This document shows positions 61,762-64,000 of a DNA stretch of 64,000 bases, piece by piece. The stretch is from an uncultured cyanobacterium (GTDB lineage: Bacteria; Cyanobacteriota; Cyanobacteriia; Cyanobacteriales; Nostocaceae), in contig CAVUDP010000004.1 in NCBI GenBank assembly GCA_963740315.1, forward strand, positions 384,001 to 448,000. The letters run 5' to 3'. Made by a program: the position numbers and the translations under genes. Each line of letters begins with the position of its first letter. Within the stretch, counting starts at the first letter, position 1. The notes below the pieces were generated by a model that was not told the DNA's origin, made no database searches, and was given only the letters and a program-made list of their open reading frames with translations.

Positions 61762-62883
61762 GTGAATACCAACGCAAACATTACACAAACTAACTACTTT
61801 TTTTACACGCTGATTTTCTATACTATATTAATACTGTATCTCTTCCCTTACAGCATAGAAGTTCCCCATGCGAAGATATTTTTACCTTTGCTCTCAGGGA
61901 TTTTATTAGTGCAGCTTTTTTTCAATAAAACTCAACTATTAATTACAGATATTTTACTCGTATGCTCGATTTTGATCGTTACTTTTATTAATTTATCCAC
62001 ATATCATTTATTTAGATATAGCTTACCAATCTGCTTAATGCTTATCGGTTTTAGTGGTTGCCCGCAAATACGCATCAAACGAAACTATTTAGTTGGATTA
62101 TGCTGGCTAGCAACCGTAGCTTTAATCTATCAAATGGCAATATTTAGACGAGTAGAGTTTGATGGTAGTGCAAGAGTATCTTTAAGCAATGGCGATCCTA
62201 ACGTATCTGGTTTATTTATGCTGCTGTTCTTTTTCCTTTGTTGCAAAGCTAAATTTAAACCAGGAATTATTTTAGCCTTAGTATCTACCGTATTTTTCTT
62301 AAGTAGAAATTATTTTCTCAGCTTATCGATCTATTTAACAATAATTTTGTTTGAAAAAAAATTTATCAAGTTCGCTAGTCAAATAAATTTTACCGCTTTC
62401 TTTATTCTATCAAATCTTTTCGGATTTTTAATCGGAGAATACTTTTTAAACTTTGTAAAAATAGGTTATGCATACGATACAAGTGCAAGCCGTTTATTCT
62501 CTTTTAACGATACATCTAATTTAGCTAGATTTGAAGCAAACCGATTTTTAGTAACATCTTATCTGAATGATTGGACTATAGCGCTGAGGGGCTATGCTGG
62601 TAAATACGATGAGGTATTTAAAAGTGTTGGTTCATTAATTCATAATTCATTGTTAGAGGTAATTGCATATATCGGTATTCCTTTAGGATTTCTTTACTTC
62701 TGTGCTATTTTAAAAATAGTTGGTGGATACTATACTCCAAATAATTATAAGTTTATTTTTCCCTATTTGTTCTTTTGTTTATTCTTGCATAGCGGACTTC
62801 AAGGACTTACTCCTTTACTTTTCGTTAGTATTTTAGCAATGTCTGTGGAAGATAATAGAAAAAAGGTAATATCCCAATATTGA
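61762..62883 (+). CDS. Multi-pass membrane protein, putative Wzy polymerase / O-antigen ligase family
   Basis: Many TMs, GDPN, SR, HNSLLE; located in glycan cluster. Confidence 0.6.
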   Translation: MNTNANITQTNYFFYTLIFYTILILYLFPYSIEVPHAKIFLPLLSGILLVQLFFNKTQLLITDILLVCSILIVTFINLSTYHLFRYSLPICLMLIGFSGCPQIRIKRNYLVGLCWLATVALIYQMAIFRRVEFDGSARVSLSNGDPNVSGLFMLLFFFLCCKAKFKPGIILALVSTVFFLSRNYFLSLSIYLTIILFEKKFIKFASQINFTAFFILSNLFGFLIGEYFLNFVKIGYAYDTSASRLFSFNDTSNLARFEANRFLVTSYLNDWTIALRGYAGKYDEVFKSVGSLIHNSLLEVIAYIGIPLGFLYFCAILKIVGGYYTPNNYKFIFPYLFFCLFLHSGLQGLTPLLFVSILAMSVEDNRKKVISQY

Positions 62884-62921
62884 ATTTAAGGGGATGTTTG
62901 GAAAGCTGCTAATATAACTCG

Positions 62922-63002
62922 AAACTTTTCAGATCCCCCTAAATCCCCCTTATGAAAGGGGGACTTTAACCCCCCTTTTATAAGGGGGGAAGGGGGGATA
63001 AT
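62922..63002. repeat. MITE-like repeat atccccct..aagggggact..aggggggat
   Basis: Nested C/G-run hairpins; followed by CAAAACT heptamers at about 63032-63060. Confidence 0.7.
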
Positions 63003-63079
63003 CCGAGAGTTACGTTAAAAAAGATACTTTTCAAAACTCAAAACTCAAAACTCAAAACTCCTAATTTCTAACTAAAAGG

Positions 63080-63919
63080 ATGCAGACTAAAATATCGATA
63101 ATAACACCAAGCTTTAATTCCGAAAAAACTATTGAAAAGACGATTCTTAGCGTTATTAATCAAGAAACATCCATATTACAATATATCGTAGTTGATGGAG
63201 GTTCTACAGACAACACCTGTGAAATCATCAAAAAATATCTAAATAATATCGATATATTTATTTCAGAAGCAGATTTTGGAGCTTACGATGCAATGAACAA
63301 AGGCATCAAACTGGCTACCGGAGAGATTATCGGTATTATCAATTCCGATGATTGGTACCTAAAAGATGCAATCAAAAGAGTAGAGCAAGAATTCGATCGA
63401 CATCCAGAGATAGATATATTATATTCACCCATCGAAAACTATTACCAAGGTGAATATATTGCTACCTTTATTCCTGGTAAATTAGAAAAACTATCGATTC
63501 GGTTTACCATAAATCATCCATCTTGCTTTATCAAAAAATCGGCTTACATCGCAGCAGGTTTATATGACTTACAATACAAAATTGCAGCCGACTACGATTT
63601 AATTTTGCGTTTGTTTATTAACAATTTTAAATTTCATTCTATTGAAACTCCCTTAGCAGCATACTCTCTCAATGGAATGAGTTCATCACCCTTACCTTGG
63701 GATAGAGCAAAATTAATCCAAGAATGCTGGAAAATAAGTAGTAAAGCATCCGATATCCCAGAATCTAACAAACAACGAACAAAAGCTTATATAGGATGGA
63801 TTATCAACGAAATATTTGCATTACCAGTTAGGTATTTTTTGAAACCACCTACCGCACGCAAACTAAAAAGTTTGATTAAACAATATACTCAATCTGTATC
63901 TGAATATGGTAAATGGTAA
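63080..63919 (+). CDS. Glycosyltransferase family 2 (WfgS-like)
   Basis: ISIITPSFN, VDGGSTD, YDAMNKG, NSDD, AADYD. Confidence 0.92.
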   Translation: MQTKISIITPSFNSEKTIEKTILSVINQETSILQYIVVDGGSTDNTCEIIKKYLNNIDIFISEADFGAYDAMNKGIKLATGEIIGIINSDDWYLKDAIKRVEQEFDRHPEIDILYSPIENYYQGEYIATFIPGKLEKLSIRFTINHPSCFIKKSAYIAAGLYDLQYKIAADYDLILRLFINNFKFHSIETPLAAYSLNGMSSSPLPWDRAKLIQECWKISSKASDIPESNKQRTKAYIGWIINEIFALPVRYFLKPPTARKLKSLIKQYTQSVSEYGKW

Positions 63920-64000
63920 TGTCTTATTTATTTCAGCCCATGCTCCGACTAATTTATATCCCCAAGCAGGGCAAAAGATAGCTTTGAATAATTTGGATAA

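Noticed and set aside
1..64000. Abundant GCGATCGC as a novel motif
   Set aside because: Known cyanobacterial HIP1.

Overview
AT-rich chromosomal segment of a cyanobacterium, most likely a heterocyst-forming Nostocales strain (inferred from frequent HIP1 GCGATCGC, heptamer STRR tracts, raf1, chlB, ycf37 and hepA/hepC-like genes). Housekeeping genes (menG, raf1, UvrD helicase, rpmI-rplT, chlB, cobU, rnz) are interleaved with signalling modules, small accessory modules (SMI1/KNR4, xisH-xisI, two toxin-antitoxin pairs, orphans), a CyRepA1-type primase-helicase with no adjacent integrase, and a polysaccharide cluster at the right end. Intergenic DNA is dense in REP/MITE-like and composite tandem repeats. 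No rRNA, tRNA, CRISPR array or transposase was recognised. Best candidates for undescribed biology: (1) a sigma-like / DUF1822 / CHAT protease-TM-ligand-binding trio that looks like a proteolytic transmembrane signalling system; (2) orphan genes and inserts bounded by long direct repeats or REPIN ends, like gene cassettes; (3) a polar bipartite repeat element that sits at stop codons, lies in frame inside UvrD and brackets one gene as an inverted pair. All family calls are from motif recognition, not database searches.
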